Part shown: positions 48,284 to 63,851 of the stretch, one piece after another
How the letters are laid out: each line of letters begins with the position of its first letter
Position numbering within the stretch: position 1 is the first letter of the stretch
Source of the DNA: Eledone cirrhosa
Lineage: Eukaryota
Direction: 5' to 3'
Length of the DNA: 64,000 nucleotides
NCBI GenBank assembly: GCA_964016885.1
Contig: OZ024753.1
Span: 34,410,001 to 34,474,000 of the forward strand
The notes under the pieces: generated by a model
Seen by the model: the letters and a program-made list of their open reading frames with translations, nothing else
What the model was told of the DNA's origin: nothing
Database searches by the model: none
Position numbers and translations under genes: made by a program

Positions 48284-48727
48284 GAGGGAAAGAGTAACAG
48301 AAAGAGAAGGAAAATCGGGAAGAGAAAAAAAAATAGAGATTAGAAAATGCTAGAAAAGGTACAACAACGTAGAAAGCAACGGACATATGTCACGAAGAGG
48401 ACATTGATTATGAAAAGTATTGAGATTATTGGTTGTTCCTCGTTAAAAGTATTTGATTGATTAGAGGAGAGCAAAACGCTGACAGCGAATATACACGACA
48501 AAAAAAATCAGAATTACCATATAGTATACATGCATCGGACACATTTACCTGCGTGAAATCCTTTTTACTAGAAGGTTCTAGAAGGTTCTAGAAAATCACA
48601 AAAAAAACTAAAGGTAGTGATGGAGAAGTAAAATCGTTTTAATCTAAGACAATGATGCCTGCAGCATTCAGTTACGGATGCGATGAAATGGCTGGTTTGT
48701 GAGAACGTTGGATAGAATGCTTTAAGG

Positions 48728-49136
48728 CAGTGCTACTCAAAGTGGTGGTCCGCGGACCGGTGCCGGTACGCGAGCCATCAGCTACCGGTACGCGATCAGT
48801 GTCCAGGCCATGCTAAGGAATAAATTGAGAATTTTTTTAACTTTTTTAATATGTTTTGCTATTGTATTATTTGTTTACAAAATAAATAGAAGATTTACGA
48901 TCTGAGTTCAAATCCCGCCGAGGTTGACTTTGCCTTTCATCCTTACGGGGTCGATAAAATAAAGTACCAGTAATGCACTGGGTAATTGCTGGCCTTGTGC
49001 CTAAAGTAGAAACAATTATATTCGTTATATATATCGTTTCCGGTATAAATTAATATTACTACGAAATATTAGCGGTCCGTGGCACATTGAAAAAAAAAAT
49101 GCCGGTCCGCCACATCAGATAGTTTGAGAAGCACTG
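48728..49136. mobile_element. hAT-Charlie-type MITE containing a young SINE 3' half (48894-49019), inserted into an old SINE
   Basis: TIRs cagtgctactcaaa / tttgagaagcactg (13/14 match); 8-bp TSD ctttaagg / gtttaagg. Confidence 0.85.
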
Positions 49137-49836
49137 GTTTAAGGTATTCGTTCCAAATCTCCGCACCCTGAGTTCAAAACCCATCGTGGTCAACTTGCCT
49201 TTCATCCTTTCGAAGTCGATAAAACGTCACCAGTCTTGTTCTATCCAGTCCAATCCAGTTCTGGTGTCGATTCTTCCGCTATTTTGTTATTCAAAGAACT
49301 GGAACACTCATCGTCGGAACCGACGAAGGTCCAACAACAACAGCAATACTAATCTAGGTGACGTTAATCATGATGAATAATATGACGGCTCTGGTGTTGG
49401 TAACAGTGATTGTTAGAGGAATGTTGTATTTGTTACAACATATAGCCTTTGCTGCATGAGTTTTGTTCACTGAAATTCTGAAGTTCAGCACTGCACGGCC
49501 ATAAATACTCATAGAATACGAATCCTTTAACTCTCTAAAACAGAAACCACAATCGCCCTTCTTAAAAAAAGCGAAAAGACTCTTTTATATTTCAAATATC
49601 ACACGTCAGCAGGATTTGACTTGTATCCTTTTGTAAATACAATTGGAGATTTTTCTTTTCAAGAATTAATTGCTTAAAGTATAAATACGTTGATAAACGT
49701 AAATTGTTTCTATTCATAATGGTATCTAGTATGGTTTATAGAAATATATGTAGCGATTGACATTCGTAACATCTCTATACAAAGATCTAATACATGCAGA
49801 TATTACATACAATCTATGTCTCCAAGGGAAATATAC

Positions 49837-50158
49837 CGTGTTACAAGATACGTTTTCTTTTCTACCTCCACACTTAGTAGTGGTTGTGGTGTGCTGATGA
49901 AATATTTCAGTACTTAAGGCAGTAAGTTATCTATATATTTTAACGTGTTACAAGATACGTTTTCTTTTCTACCTCCACACTTTGTAGTGGTTGTGGTGTG
50001 CTGATGAAATATTTCAGTATTTAAGGCAGTAAGTTATCTATATATTTTAACGTGTTACAAGATACGTTTTCTTTTCTACCTCCACACTTAGTAGTGGTTG
50101 TGGTGTGCTGATGAAATATTTCAGTATTTAAGGCAGTAAGTTATCTATATATTTCAAT
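49837..50158. repeat. Tandem repeat, 3 x 107 bp
   Basis: Units start at 49837, 49944 and 50051. Confidence 0.92.
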
Positions 50159-50182
50159 ATGTTATACATGATACACAAGCGT

Positions 50183-50421
50183 AAGCGTGTCGTTAGAATG
50201 TCTCAGGAAAGAATCGTTGGACGGATTTTACAGGCAAGAGACCCAGGGGTAGACACTGAGCAAGATGGCTGGATAAGATCTATGAGCTTGGCTGGTCACA
50301 CTTAGGGATCCAGTCGGATCAGTTGGAGACAGTTGCTTCTGACTGGACCCGTAGGAAGGAGTGTTTGAGGATTCTGCTCCCACGACCCTCTCAGGAATAA
50401 GTGGACGAAGAAAAAGAAGAA
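50183..50421 (+). mobile_element. RTE-group LINE 3' end with (GAA)n tail
   Basis: GKRPRGRH*ARWLDKIYELGWSHLGIQSDQLETVASDWTRRKECLRILLPRPSQE*. Confidence 0.78.
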
Positions 50422-50475
50422 CTAAAGTTATATTCTCTTATCATATTTTAAACAATATATTTTAAACAATATATC

Positions 50476-51415
50476 ATTGTTTCTACTTTTGGCACAAGGC
50501 CAGCAATTATCTCAGTATATCACTGGTACTTTATTTTATCAACCCCGTAAGGATGAAAGGCAAAGTTAACCTCGATGGGATTTGAACTCAGAACGTAAAG
50601 AGCAATAACTCTATCCTGCAAAGCATGGCGCCTGACGCTCTACCGATTCTGTCAATCTTCCGCCTTAGAGTTTCTACTTTTGGCACAAGGCCACCGATTA
50701 CCCCATTGCATTACTGGTACTTTATTTTATCGACCCTGTAAAGATGAAAGGCAAAGTTAACCTCAGAACACAAAGGGCCATAACTCTGTGCTGCAAAACA
50801 TGGTGTCTGACGCTCTACCGATACTGCCAAACCACAATATATAATTGTTTCTACTTTAGGCACAAGGCCAGCAATTACCCAGTGCATTACTGGTACTTTA
50901 TTTTATCGACCCCGTAAGGATGAAAGGCAAAGTCAACCTCGGCGGGATTTGAACTCAGATCGTAAAGGGACGTAACTATGCTGGAAAGCATGGCGTCCGA
51001 CCCTCTACCGATACTGCCAAACCACAATATATAATTGTTTCTACTTTAGGCACAAGGCCAGCAATTACCCAGTACATTACTGGTACTTTATTTTATCGAC
51101 CCCGTAAGGATGAAAGGCAAAGTCAACCTCGGCGGGATTTGAACTCAGATCGTAAAGGGACGTAACTATGCTGGAAAGCATGGCGTCCGACCCTCTACCG
51201 ATACTGCCAAACCACAATATATAATTGTTTCTACTTTAGGCACAAGGCCAGCAATTACCCAGTACATTACTGGTACTTTATTTTATCGACCCCGTAAGGA
51301 TGAAAGGCAAAGTCAACCTCGGCGGGATTTGAACTCAGATCGTAAAGGGACGTAACTATGCTGGAAAGCATGGCGTCCGACCCTCTACCGATACTGCCAA
51401 ACCACAATATATAAT
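50476..51415 (-). mobile_element. Cluster of five SINE copies, the last three near-identical 190-bp tandem units
   Basis: Units at ~50843, 51033 and 51223 separated by aaccacaatatataat. Confidence 0.9.
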
Positions 51416-52220
51416 AGTTCCAAATAAGGGACATATGAGATTTTCGTATACGAACTTTTGGAAAAGTTCAAATCTAAAAGCATATTCTTCACAACATCAG
51501 TTGCATTTGCTGATTGGTTAATTAGTCCTCAAACACTCCTTCCGGCGGGTCCTGTCGGAAGCAATGGTCTCCAACTGATCCAGCTGGATCATCAAGCGAG
51601 ACCAGCCAAGCTCATGGATGTTATCCAACCATCTTGCTTGGGGGTCTATCCATGGGTCTCTTGCCGGTTGGTTTTGCTCGTAAAATCTGTTTATAATTTA
51701 ACTAAAGTTATATCGTTGCTCGATATAACTTTAGTTAAATTATCAAAATATACCATAGCCATATCATGAAGTTAAATAATTTTATTAGAGTGTGTTTTGA
51801 TATTATCATAAATATATTCCTTTATTAAAATTTTAACAAAAATTTTCCTTTTATCAAAATACACAATTTAGTTATAAAATCTTGAGAAAAATGTAAACGT
51901 GAAATATAACAAATATAAAATAAATATAAATCTGTTTGAAATTGCATCTAGATAAAAATATTTTATTTCGTTTGTATTTAGTTGCGCACATAGGTGGGTG
52001 TGCTTAAGAGAGGATGTTTATAATTTTACGTGTGTATACAATTCATATGGCTTTAACTTCCAAAAATCTTGAAGTTATTTGATGAATCTATTTACAAATT
52101 GCTGATATATGGTAATACACGATTTAATTGTCTAACGTTAGCAATTGTTGAATTAATAATTGTTGCAAAACTTCTATTTAACAATATAAATATATATTTA
52201 AACTGAAACGACCATCTATT

Positions 52221-52405
52221 TAATTGTTTCTACTTTTGGCACAAGGCCAGCAATTACCCTAGTGAATTACTGGTACTTTATTTTATCGACCCCGTAAGGA
52301 TGAAAGGCAAAGTTAACCTCGGCGGGATTTGAACTCAGAATGGCAAGGGCCGTAACTCTATGCATCAAAGCATGGCATCCGACCCCTTACCGATACTGCC
52401 AATCC
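52221..52405 (-). mobile_element. tRNA-derived SINE
   Basis: Full-length family match. Confidence 0.88.
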
Positions 52406-53658
52406 ACATAATAATGATTTCTAACTTAGACTTAGGGCCTCATATTTTAAGATTCATCCGAGTACTTAACTGATACTCATTTGATAAACCCTGAAATAGG
52501 AATGTCAAAGTTGACCCCTGATATTTGAACCAATATATTTTTCCTGGCCCTCCGCTCATTGTATTATTCCCCTTTTCTTTAGTATATATAAACAAAGGAA
52601 GAAAATTACTGACACTGATTTTTCAGATTTGATCAAGGATTCTTGTTTCTATTGGCCTCAATATTATTGATATCTGTCGGCTGCAACTTCTGGTAAAAGT
52701 GTCACGATTTATTGGGGACAAGACGCGGGATTTGAACGCAGAAAGCTTAGATCCAGAAGAGATACAATTGCCTTAACAATTTCACCAATCTGCCACCCTG
52801 GCTGGTGTATATCTTCACAAATTGAGACAAACGTTAGGCGTGCCTAACGTTTACCTAAAGTCTTGTAGTGAGCATATTATGAAATCTATGCGATCGTCCA
52901 TATTTCATGACCCAACCCACTTTGATTTTGTAAATAGTTCAATGATTAGGATTCGATAGTTAGTATTAGATATTTGGTTGTAACATAGCTGGAAAGAATT
53001 TTATGTGAAATACAGGATTATTATAGCTGAAATGTAACACATTTATAATGTAACACAGGGCAAATAGTTTAATATAATTCAGTAAGGCCCCTAGCGGTAT
53101 ATAAGACAACGTTAAAAAGATGACATGAAGTCTACTTTTCAATAAAAAAAAAAAAAAACACTCTTACTGCTAAAGTTAATAAACTTGGGTAAAGATATTC
53201 GCAGGAAGTCATGATAGCAAACCACAAAATCTGTTTAAAGCAAGAAATATTTTTAATCTTCTTTGTTGCCAGAATATCTATTTTAATAATCGTAGGATGT
53301 AACTAGTGTAGTGTGTAAAAGATATCGATAGGAAATAAATCCAAGAGAAATGGCAACGAACTAAATTCTTTATTACTGTCAGTTTAGAGAAATAAATATA
53401 TCATTGACGCCAACTAGTAATTTGTTGTATTACAAATGAACTCTGATAACTTCATTTCAGAAAATTAGAACTGTCTTCGCTCATTTTTAACAAATGGGTG
53501 TCATACAGAAATAAAGGTATTTAATCACTATTTTTTTTCGAATTAAACATATTTGAAGCTCAATCTTATCTTTATATTTAGCTGAGGTTTTTGTCCAAAT
53601 TTCTTCATGATTTCTGGTTGTTTGCTATAGTAAAATCCTCACACGCGTTTGAACAATC

Positions 53659-53872
53659 TTAACCCTTTGTCATTCCCATTACTCTATATATACTATTGTA
53701 TTTTTGTGGTAAAGGCTTTATCTCACATAATATCGAATCTATGAGATTTTGATATTATTTATTTTGAGAACAATACCTTGACATCAGTATGAGCGGCCGA
53801 TTACAGCCGGTTTGAATAGTAAGGTGAGAGAATTCTGGCCTGTTACAGCCGGTTTAAATGCTAAAGAGTTAA
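53659..53872. mobile_element. piggyBac-like MITE
   Basis: TTAA|CCCTTT ... AAAGAG|TTAA termini. Confidence 0.45.
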
Positions 53873-53958
53873 CATATAAACCCTGAAAGCAGTGAATGTT
53901 CTAGATGTCAGATTATGTTGAATATATATCTTGTGTTTAACTCTTTAGGGTTGTATTT

Positions 53959-54245
53959 CTAATTTATCAGGGTTACCCCAGGTATACGGGCGTGAATGGA
54001 GTTGTGGAACGTTCTTTTGCGAGTGGGAGCCCATGAATCGATCGCCTCGCGGTCCCAGCCGACAGAATGGAGAAAACGTTGGAATAGCCATTGCAAATCG
54101 CGGTGTTTGCTCCTGCGAGCAGCCAATTCTGTCGCGATAGTAACGAGTAGGAATGTGGTCTGGGGCCCAAGACCGCCTAAAGTTTCCACTGCTACAGGTT
54201 CGACCACAAATCTATCGGAGAGAAACCGATATTTCGAAAGTATGC
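53959..54245 (-). pseudogene. CRE-clade endonuclease C-terminal fragment (second copy)
   Basis: SKYRFLSDRFVVEPVAVETLGGLGPQTTFLLVTIATELAARRSKHRDLQWLFQR, homologous to 29287-29482. Confidence 0.75.
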
Positions 54246-54299
54246 TCTCTTTGTCGATCTTTTTATCGAACCACTAAGTAAATATACACACACAAAAAA

Positions 54300-54341
<42 letters not shown>

Positions 54342-54360
54342 TTTTTTATATATATATATA

Positions 54361-55165
54361 TAAAAATATAAGTATTAATAAAATAGATGTTCTTTTGATC
54401 AATTACATTTTATTATACATATTTCGGATGTACAACAGTACGTCCTCACCGAAATATGTATAATAAAATGTAATTGATAAAAAGAACATCTATTTTATTA
54501 ATACTTATATTTTTATAATAATAACACCTGAAAAAAAAAATTTTCCGTTGAGTGCTTCCAATCTACTGTAAAACTCATTCTTTGACATAATCATCATATT
54601 GTTAAACAACTTAATATATATATATATTAGAAAGTGAACAACATAATATATAACTACTCCATTACCAAAGGTTTCAGGTCCCTAGACGATATTAATATAC
54701 GTCTGGATCGTTCATCAGACAACCTCTCTTAATATCGTCTAGGGACCTGAAATCTTTGGTAATGGAGTAGTTATATATTGTGTTGTTCACTTTCTAATTA
54801 TATAGCTCTGTTCTATACATAGAGAACTCTTTTTTCCTTTGCATTTCTTCGGAAATACCTAACATATATATATATATGAATATATGTATAATCTATTTGG
54901 CAATATATCGTATGTTTAATTAAAAACATTTAGAAGACCACACGCTATCAGTTTTAAAGTAGTGACTATGTCACTTACTTATTTTCGTCGAAAGAAGGAG
55001 AGAGAGGTTCACAGTCTGTTTCACGCTGGTTGGCGTTCATCAGAACTCCGCACCCCTCTGCTTCCGCCGAAAATTACAGAAGGTAGATTCTTATAGAATT
55101 CCAGTAATAATCAGGAGCTGATTAAACATACGGTATATTGCCAGATATACTATACATATATTCAT
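54361..55165. mobile_element. Three consecutive unrelated palindromic elements, each with an HHR-like motif (54361-54515, 54627-54797, 54878-55163)
   Basis: Inverted arms; minus-strand cores TGA-GGACGTAC..GTACATCC-GAAA (truncated), CTGATGA..GAAACCTTTGGTA (54659-54722) and CTGATGA-ACGC..GCGT-GAAAC (55004-55048). Confidence 0.7.
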
Positions 55166-55267
55166 GTATACATCGCTATTTCAGGGTACCAATCCTAATT
55201 CCTATATATATAGGAAAAAGTATCACCCCGACGGCAGAGCTCAAGCTGTTTCGACGGCTATTTCTGT

Positions 55268-55306
<39 letters not shown>

Positions 55307-55422
55307 TATAAATATAAATATATAAATATATATAAATATATATAAATATATAAATATATATAATATATATAAATATATATAAATATATATAAATATATAT
55401 AAATATATATATATATATATAA

Positions 55423-55453
<31 letters not shown>

Positions 55454-55491
55454 AATATATAAATATATATAAATATATATAAATATATATA

Positions 55492-55522
<31 letters not shown>

Positions 55523-55605
55523 AATATATATATAAATATATAAATATATATATAAATATATAAATATATATATAAATATATAAATATATATATAAATATA
55601 TAAAT

Positions 55606-55638
<33 letters not shown>

Positions 55639-55666
55639 AATATATATATATAAATATATATATATA

Positions 55667-55720
<54 letters not shown>

Positions 55721-55785
55721 TATAAATATATATATTAATATAAATATATATATTAATATAAATATATATATTAATATAAATATAT

Positions 55786-55856
<71 letters not shown>

Positions 55857-56156
55857 TGGGAGTTTGTTTATAATTATGATATAAACATATGAATTTTTAA
55901 AAACTAGACATAAGATCATTACTTTTCACACATTATAGATACATGTCTCATTCATGAATACTGATATTTACATTATAATGCCTGTTTTATACGAACTAAT
56001 ATTTTCTACATGATGAAACATAGGGTTTTTAAATTCTGCCTCGTTTATGTCTGGTTATTTTTCATTTTCTCTTTTTCATTTTCTCTTTTTTCTCTCTATA
56101 TAACGGCTATTTTCTCGCTTAACTACATACATCTCTCTTTACATTAATATTAGAGC

Positions 56157-56191
<35 letters not shown>

Positions 56192-56491
56192 ATGTATCAA
56201 CTGATACTCAACTACCTAGTTTCTCTATCTATCTCTATCTCTTTCTTTTTTCCTCTCTCTATATATCTCTCTCTGTTTCTTTACATGAAGTTCTTCTCTT
56301 TATCTATCTTTCTATATCTCTCTATATTTAGTCACATGCATTTCTTCTTTTTCTTCGTTTTTCTTTTTCTTTCTTTCTCTCTTCCTTTTTACAACTGTCC
56401 ACAATATTTTTTACTGCCAAATCAACTTCACAAATGCAAGTCGATTGAAAGGTATGTCGTATCTATTTATTTATAAGACTGTTTATATTGT

Positions 56492-56690
56492 ATTTTGTCT
56501 GAAGAAGGCATAACATATTGTTAATATGATATCCCTGAAATATATATAATGAAATAAATATGGTTTTATAAATATAGTTTCCATTTATTTACTATCATAA
56601 ATATACTCCAAATACTTGTTGAGTGCTTTTATATCAGTTATAAATATTTACTCGTTGTTAACCCAACAATTTACATATAACTTTCCATAT
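56492..56690 (+). mobile_element. HHR-bearing element 3' part running into (TA)n
   Basis: ATTTTGT-CTGAAGA-stem II-GAAA-TATATA-TA-ATGAAAT; downstream sequence homologous to 17101-17157 and 16590-16675. Confidence 0.7.
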
Positions 56691-56712
56691 ATATAAATAT
56701 ATATATATATAG

Positions 56713-56813
<101 letters not shown>

Positions 56814-56927
56814 AAATATATATATATATATATATAACTATATATATATATATAAATATATATATATATAAATATATATAAATATATATATAAATATATA
56901 TATATATAAATATATATATATATAAAT

Positions 56928-56994
<67 letters not shown>

Positions 56995-57059
56995 TATATA
57001 TATAATATATATAAATATATATATATATAAATAAATATATATATATATAATATATATAT

Positions 57060-57109
<50 letters not shown>

Positions 57110-57126
57110 AATATATATATATATAA

Positions 57127-57171
<45 letters not shown>

Positions 57172-57181
57172 TATATATATA

Positions 57182-57407
<226 letters not shown>

Positions 57408-57411
57408 TAAT

Positions 57412-57520
<109 letters not shown>

Positions 57521-57600
57521 TATATATATATATGAATATATATATATAAATATATATAAATATATATATAAATATATATATATATAAATATATATAAATA

Positions 57601-57845
57601 TAAATCAGGAAAGAAGGTTTACATGGTTTGCTATACAAAAAAGTTTTTAATCACATAGCTTACATTTGTTTCACTGAACTGGTATGTCTAGAGATCGCTA
57701 TCCGCTTAATTTTGCGTTACTCGATCGCCAATACAGAATTATAACCAGTCAGATCTTCGAGCATTCTCGCATGCTCCGAAGATGTGAGCTATGTTATTAA
57801 ATCTTTTTTGTATTGCAAACCATGTAAACCTTCTTTCCTGATTTA
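57601..57845. mobile_element. Palindromic element with a degenerate long-stem-II HHR on the - strand
   Basis: ~65-bp inverted arms; minus strand GCT-CGAAGA-T-CTGACTGG...CCAGTTCAG-T-GAAAC-AAAT-GTA-AGC. Confidence 0.6.
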
Positions 57846-58025
57846 TTATTACTCCAAGTGTTTACAACATAGGAATTACAGCATACCCGCAGCATCACTA
57901 TGAAAACGCCTTGTTGAGTCAAACCAAGCCAAGCGTTAATATCATCCACTACCTGGAATACCATAACTGGACTTCACTTAAGTGGACTGCATTTAACTAT
58001 TATTTGTTAATCCATATATATATAA

Positions 58026-58076
<51 letters not shown>

Positions 58077-58111
58077 AATATATATATAAATATATATATA
58101 TAAATATATAA

Positions 58112-58142
<31 letters not shown>

Positions 58143-58457
58143 AATATATATATAAATATATATATAAACATATAAATATATATATAAATATATATATAAA
58201 CATATATATAAATATATATATAAATATATAAATATATATATAAATATATAAATATATATATAAATATAAATATATAAATATATATATAAATATATAAATA
58301 TATCTATAAATATATATAAATATATAAATATATATATAAATATATATAAATATATAAATATATATATAAATATATATAAATATATAAATATATATAAATA
58401 TATAAATATATATATAAATATATAAATATATATAAATATATAAATATATATAAATAT

Positions 58458-58558
<101 letters not shown>

Positions 58559-58619
58559 AATATATAAATATATATAAATATATATATATAAATATATATA
58601 AATATATATATATATAAAT

Positions 58620-58650
<31 letters not shown>

Positions 58651-58695
58651 AATATATATAAATATATATATATATAAATATATATATATATAAAT

Positions 58696-58726
<31 letters not shown>

Positions 58727-58740
58727 AATATATATATATA

Positions 58741-58772
<32 letters not shown>

Positions 58773-58940
58773 AATATATATATATAAATATATATATATA
58801 TAAATGTATATATATATAAATATATATATATATAAATATATATATATATAAATATATATATATATAAATATATATATATATAAATATATATATATAAATA
58901 TATATATATATAAATATATATATATAAATATATATATATA

Positions 58941-58978
<38 letters not shown>

Positions 58979-59047
58979 AATATATATATATAAATATATA
59001 TATATATAAATATATATATATATAAATATATAAATATATATAAATAT

Positions 59048-59078
<31 letters not shown>

Positions 59079-59187
59079 AATATATATATATATAAATATA
59101 TATATATATAAATATATATATATATAAATATATATATATAAATATATATATATAAATATATATATATATAAATATATATATATAAAT

Positions 59188-59278
<91 letters not shown>

Positions 59279-59292
59279 AATATATATATATA

Positions 59293-59352
<60 letters not shown>

Positions 59353-59703
59353 TATATATATATATAAAAATATATATATATATATATATATAATATAAAT
59401 ATATATATATAAATAGGAACCAGTAAGACCCCGACGGCTGAGCTCAAGCCGTTTCGACGGCTAATTCTGGACATATAAATATATAAATATATATATATAA
59501 ATATATAAAGAATTAGTATATCTACCAACATATATATACAGATGCATACCTATGCTAGCAAATATATAGGTTTTGTCTTAGTAACTTTGTGGTTCAATGC
59601 AAGGGGATGCAGAACAATTATATGAAAGACGTAAAATAAGAAAATTATAAAAATTAACTTTTTAGTAAGTAAGTTAATTTTTATAATTTTCTTATTTTAC
59701 GTC

Positions 59704-59754
<51 letters not shown>

Positions 59755-59761
59755 TATAAAT

Positions 59762-60163
59762 ATATTGTTATACTTTGGGAGGGTCATGTTGCCAATAAGA
59801 AACACACGCACCATAGGTTTCACTTCACTTTATTATAATAAATTTATAAATTTAGGATTTTATAAATTTCCGGTTGGTTGGTTGGTTCCACAGAAGACAC
59901 ACACAGAAACAAGATGGCGTAGGACAGAACAAAGGAGAGGCACAAAAACAAAGAAAAGACTCCCCAGTCACTGAAGAGGTCACAGAATGCGTGACGAAAC
60001 AACTTTGACAATATATAAACAACCATCTGGTTGTGGAACCAACCAACCAACCGGAAATTTATAAATTCCTAAATTTATAAATTTATTATAATAAATTGAA
60101 GTGAAAGCAACTGGTGCGTGTGTTTCTTATTGGCAACATGACCCTCCCAAAGTATAACAATAT
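59762..60163. mobile_element. Palindromic 'TTGGGAGGG' family element (~130-bp arms) with an HHR at 59967-60009 (+)
   Basis: GTCA-CTGAAGA-G-GTCAC(AGAATGC)GTGAC-GAAAC-AACTT-TGAC; (TA)n on both sides. Confidence 0.8.
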
Positions 60164-60716
60164 ATATATATATATACTGTATATATATATATATATATAT
60201 ATACTGTATATATATATATATATATATACTGTATATATATATATATATATATACTGTATATATATATATATATATATACTGTATATATATATATATATAT
60301 ACTGTATATATATATATATATATACTGTATATATATATATATATATATACTGTATATATATATATATATATATATACTGTATATATATATATATATATAC
60401 TGTATATATATATATATATATATACTGTATATATATATATATATATACTGTATATATATATATATACTGTATATATATATATATATACTGTATATATATA
60501 TATATATACTGTATATATATATATATATATACTGTATATATATATATATACTGTATATATATATATATACTGTATATATATATATATATACTGTATATAT
60601 ATATATATATACTGTATATATATATATATATACTGTATATATATATATATATACTGTATATATATATATATATACTGTATATATATATATATATACTGTA
60701 TATATATATATATATA

Positions 60717-60747
<31 letters not shown>

Positions 60748-61432
60748 CTGTATATATATATATATATATATACAGTATATATATATATATATATATATAT
60801 ATAGGAACCAGTAAGACCCCGACAGCTGAGCTCAAGCCGTTTCGACGGCTAATTCTGGAATTAGCCGTCGAAACGGCTTGAGCTCAGCTGTCGGGGTCTT
60901 ACTGGTTCCTATTACCCACTCTACTACCTCAAGTATTGAGTACTTTGGTGCGTTATGGTCCACCTGGTTCCTTACCACATTTCCTTCGTTATATATATAT
61001 ATATATATATACAGTATATATATATATACAGTATATATATATATATATACAGTATATATATATATATATATATATACAGTATATATATATATATATATAC
61101 AGTATATATATATATATATATATACAGTATATATATATATATATATACTGTATATATATATATATATATATATACTGTATATATATATATACTGTATATA
61201 TATATATATATACTGTATATATATATATATATACTGTATATATATATATATATACTGTATATATATATATATATACTGTATATATATATATACTGTATAT
61301 ATATATATATATACTGTATATATATATATATATACTGTATATATATATATATATATATATACTGTATATATATATATATATATATACTGTATATATATAT
61401 ATATATACATACTGTATATATATATATATATA

Positions 61433-61463
<31 letters not shown>

Positions 61464-61641
61464 CTGTATATATATATATATATATATATACTGTATATAT
61501 ATATATATACTGTATATATATATATATACTGTATATATATATATATATACTGTATATATATATATATATATACTGTATATATATACATATATACTGTATA
61601 TATATATATATATACTGTATATATATATATATATATATATA

Positions 61642-61678
<37 letters not shown>

Positions 61679-61728
61679 TACTGTATATATATATATATAT
61701 ACTGTATATATATATATATATATATATA

Positions 61729-61766
<38 letters not shown>

Positions 61767-61810
61767 TGTATATATATATACTGTATATATATATACTGTA
61801 TATATATATA

Positions 61811-61841
<31 letters not shown>

Positions 61842-61865
61842 CTCTGTATATATATATATATATAC

Positions 61866-61897
<32 letters not shown>

Positions 61898-61898
61898 C

Positions 61899-61967
<69 letters not shown>

Positions 61968-61993
61968 CTCTGTATATATATATATATATATAC

Positions 61994-62030
<37 letters not shown>

Positions 62031-62243
62031 TATATATACTATATATATATATACTATATATATATATATATATATATACTATATATATATATATATACTA
62101 TATATATATATATATATATACTATATATACTATATATATATATACTATATATATATATACTATATATATACTGTATATATATATATATACTGTATATATA
62201 TATATATATATATACAGTATATATATATATATATATATATATA

Positions 62244-62291
<48 letters not shown>

Positions 62292-63008
62292 TGTATATAT
62301 ATATACTGTATATATATATATATATATATATACTGTATATATATATACTGTATATATATATAAATATATATACTGTATATATATATATATATATATATAC
62401 TGTATATATATATATATATATATATACTGTATATATATATATATATATATACTGTATATATATATATATACTGTATATATATATATATACTGTATATATA
62501 TATATATATATATATACTGTATATATATATATATATATATATACAGTATATAATATATATATATACTGTATATATATATATATATATATATACTGTATAT
62601 ATATATATATATATATATACTGTATATATATATATATATATATATACAGTATATATATATATATATATACTGTATATATATATATATATACTGTATATAT
62701 ATATATATACTGTATATATATATATATATATATATATACTATATATATATATATACTATATATATATATATATACTATATATATATATATATACTATATA
62801 TATATATATATATATACTATATATATATATATATATATACTATATATATATATATATATATACTATATATATACTATATATATATATATATATATACTAT
62901 ATATATATATATACTATATATATATATATACTATATATATATATATATACTATATATATATATATATATATACTATATATATATATATACTATATATATA
63001 TATATATA

Positions 63009-63039
<31 letters not shown>

Positions 63040-63223
63040 CTATATATATATATATATATACTATATATATATATATATATATACTATATATATATATATA
63101 TATATACTATATATATATATATATATATACTATATATATATATATATATATACTATATATATATATATATATATACTATATATATATATATATATATACT
63201 ATATATATATATATATATATATA

Positions 63224-63276
<53 letters not shown>

Positions 63277-63449
63277 CTATATATATATATACTATATATA
63301 TATATATACTATATATATATATATACTATATATATATATACTATATATATATATAATATATATATATATATACTATATATATATATATACTATATATATA
63401 TATACTATATATATATATACTATATATATATATATACTATATATATATA

Positions 63450-63487
<38 letters not shown>

Positions 63488-63499
63488 TATATATATATA

Positions 63500-63530
<31 letters not shown>

Positions 63531-63814
63531 CTATATATATATATACTATATATATATATACTATATATATATATATATATATATATACTATATATATATA
63601 TACTATATATATATATATACTATATATATATATACTATATATATATATACTATATATATATATATACTATATATATATATATACTATATATATATATACT
63701 ATATATATATATACTATATATATATATATATATATATACTATATATATATATATATATACTATATATATATATATATACTATATATATATATATATACTA
63801 TATATATATATATA

Positions 63815-63851
<37 letters not shown>

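Noticed and set aside
49837-50158. CTGATGA within the 107-bp tandem repeat as a hammerhead core
   Set aside because: No stem II/GAAA/stem III arrangement follows it
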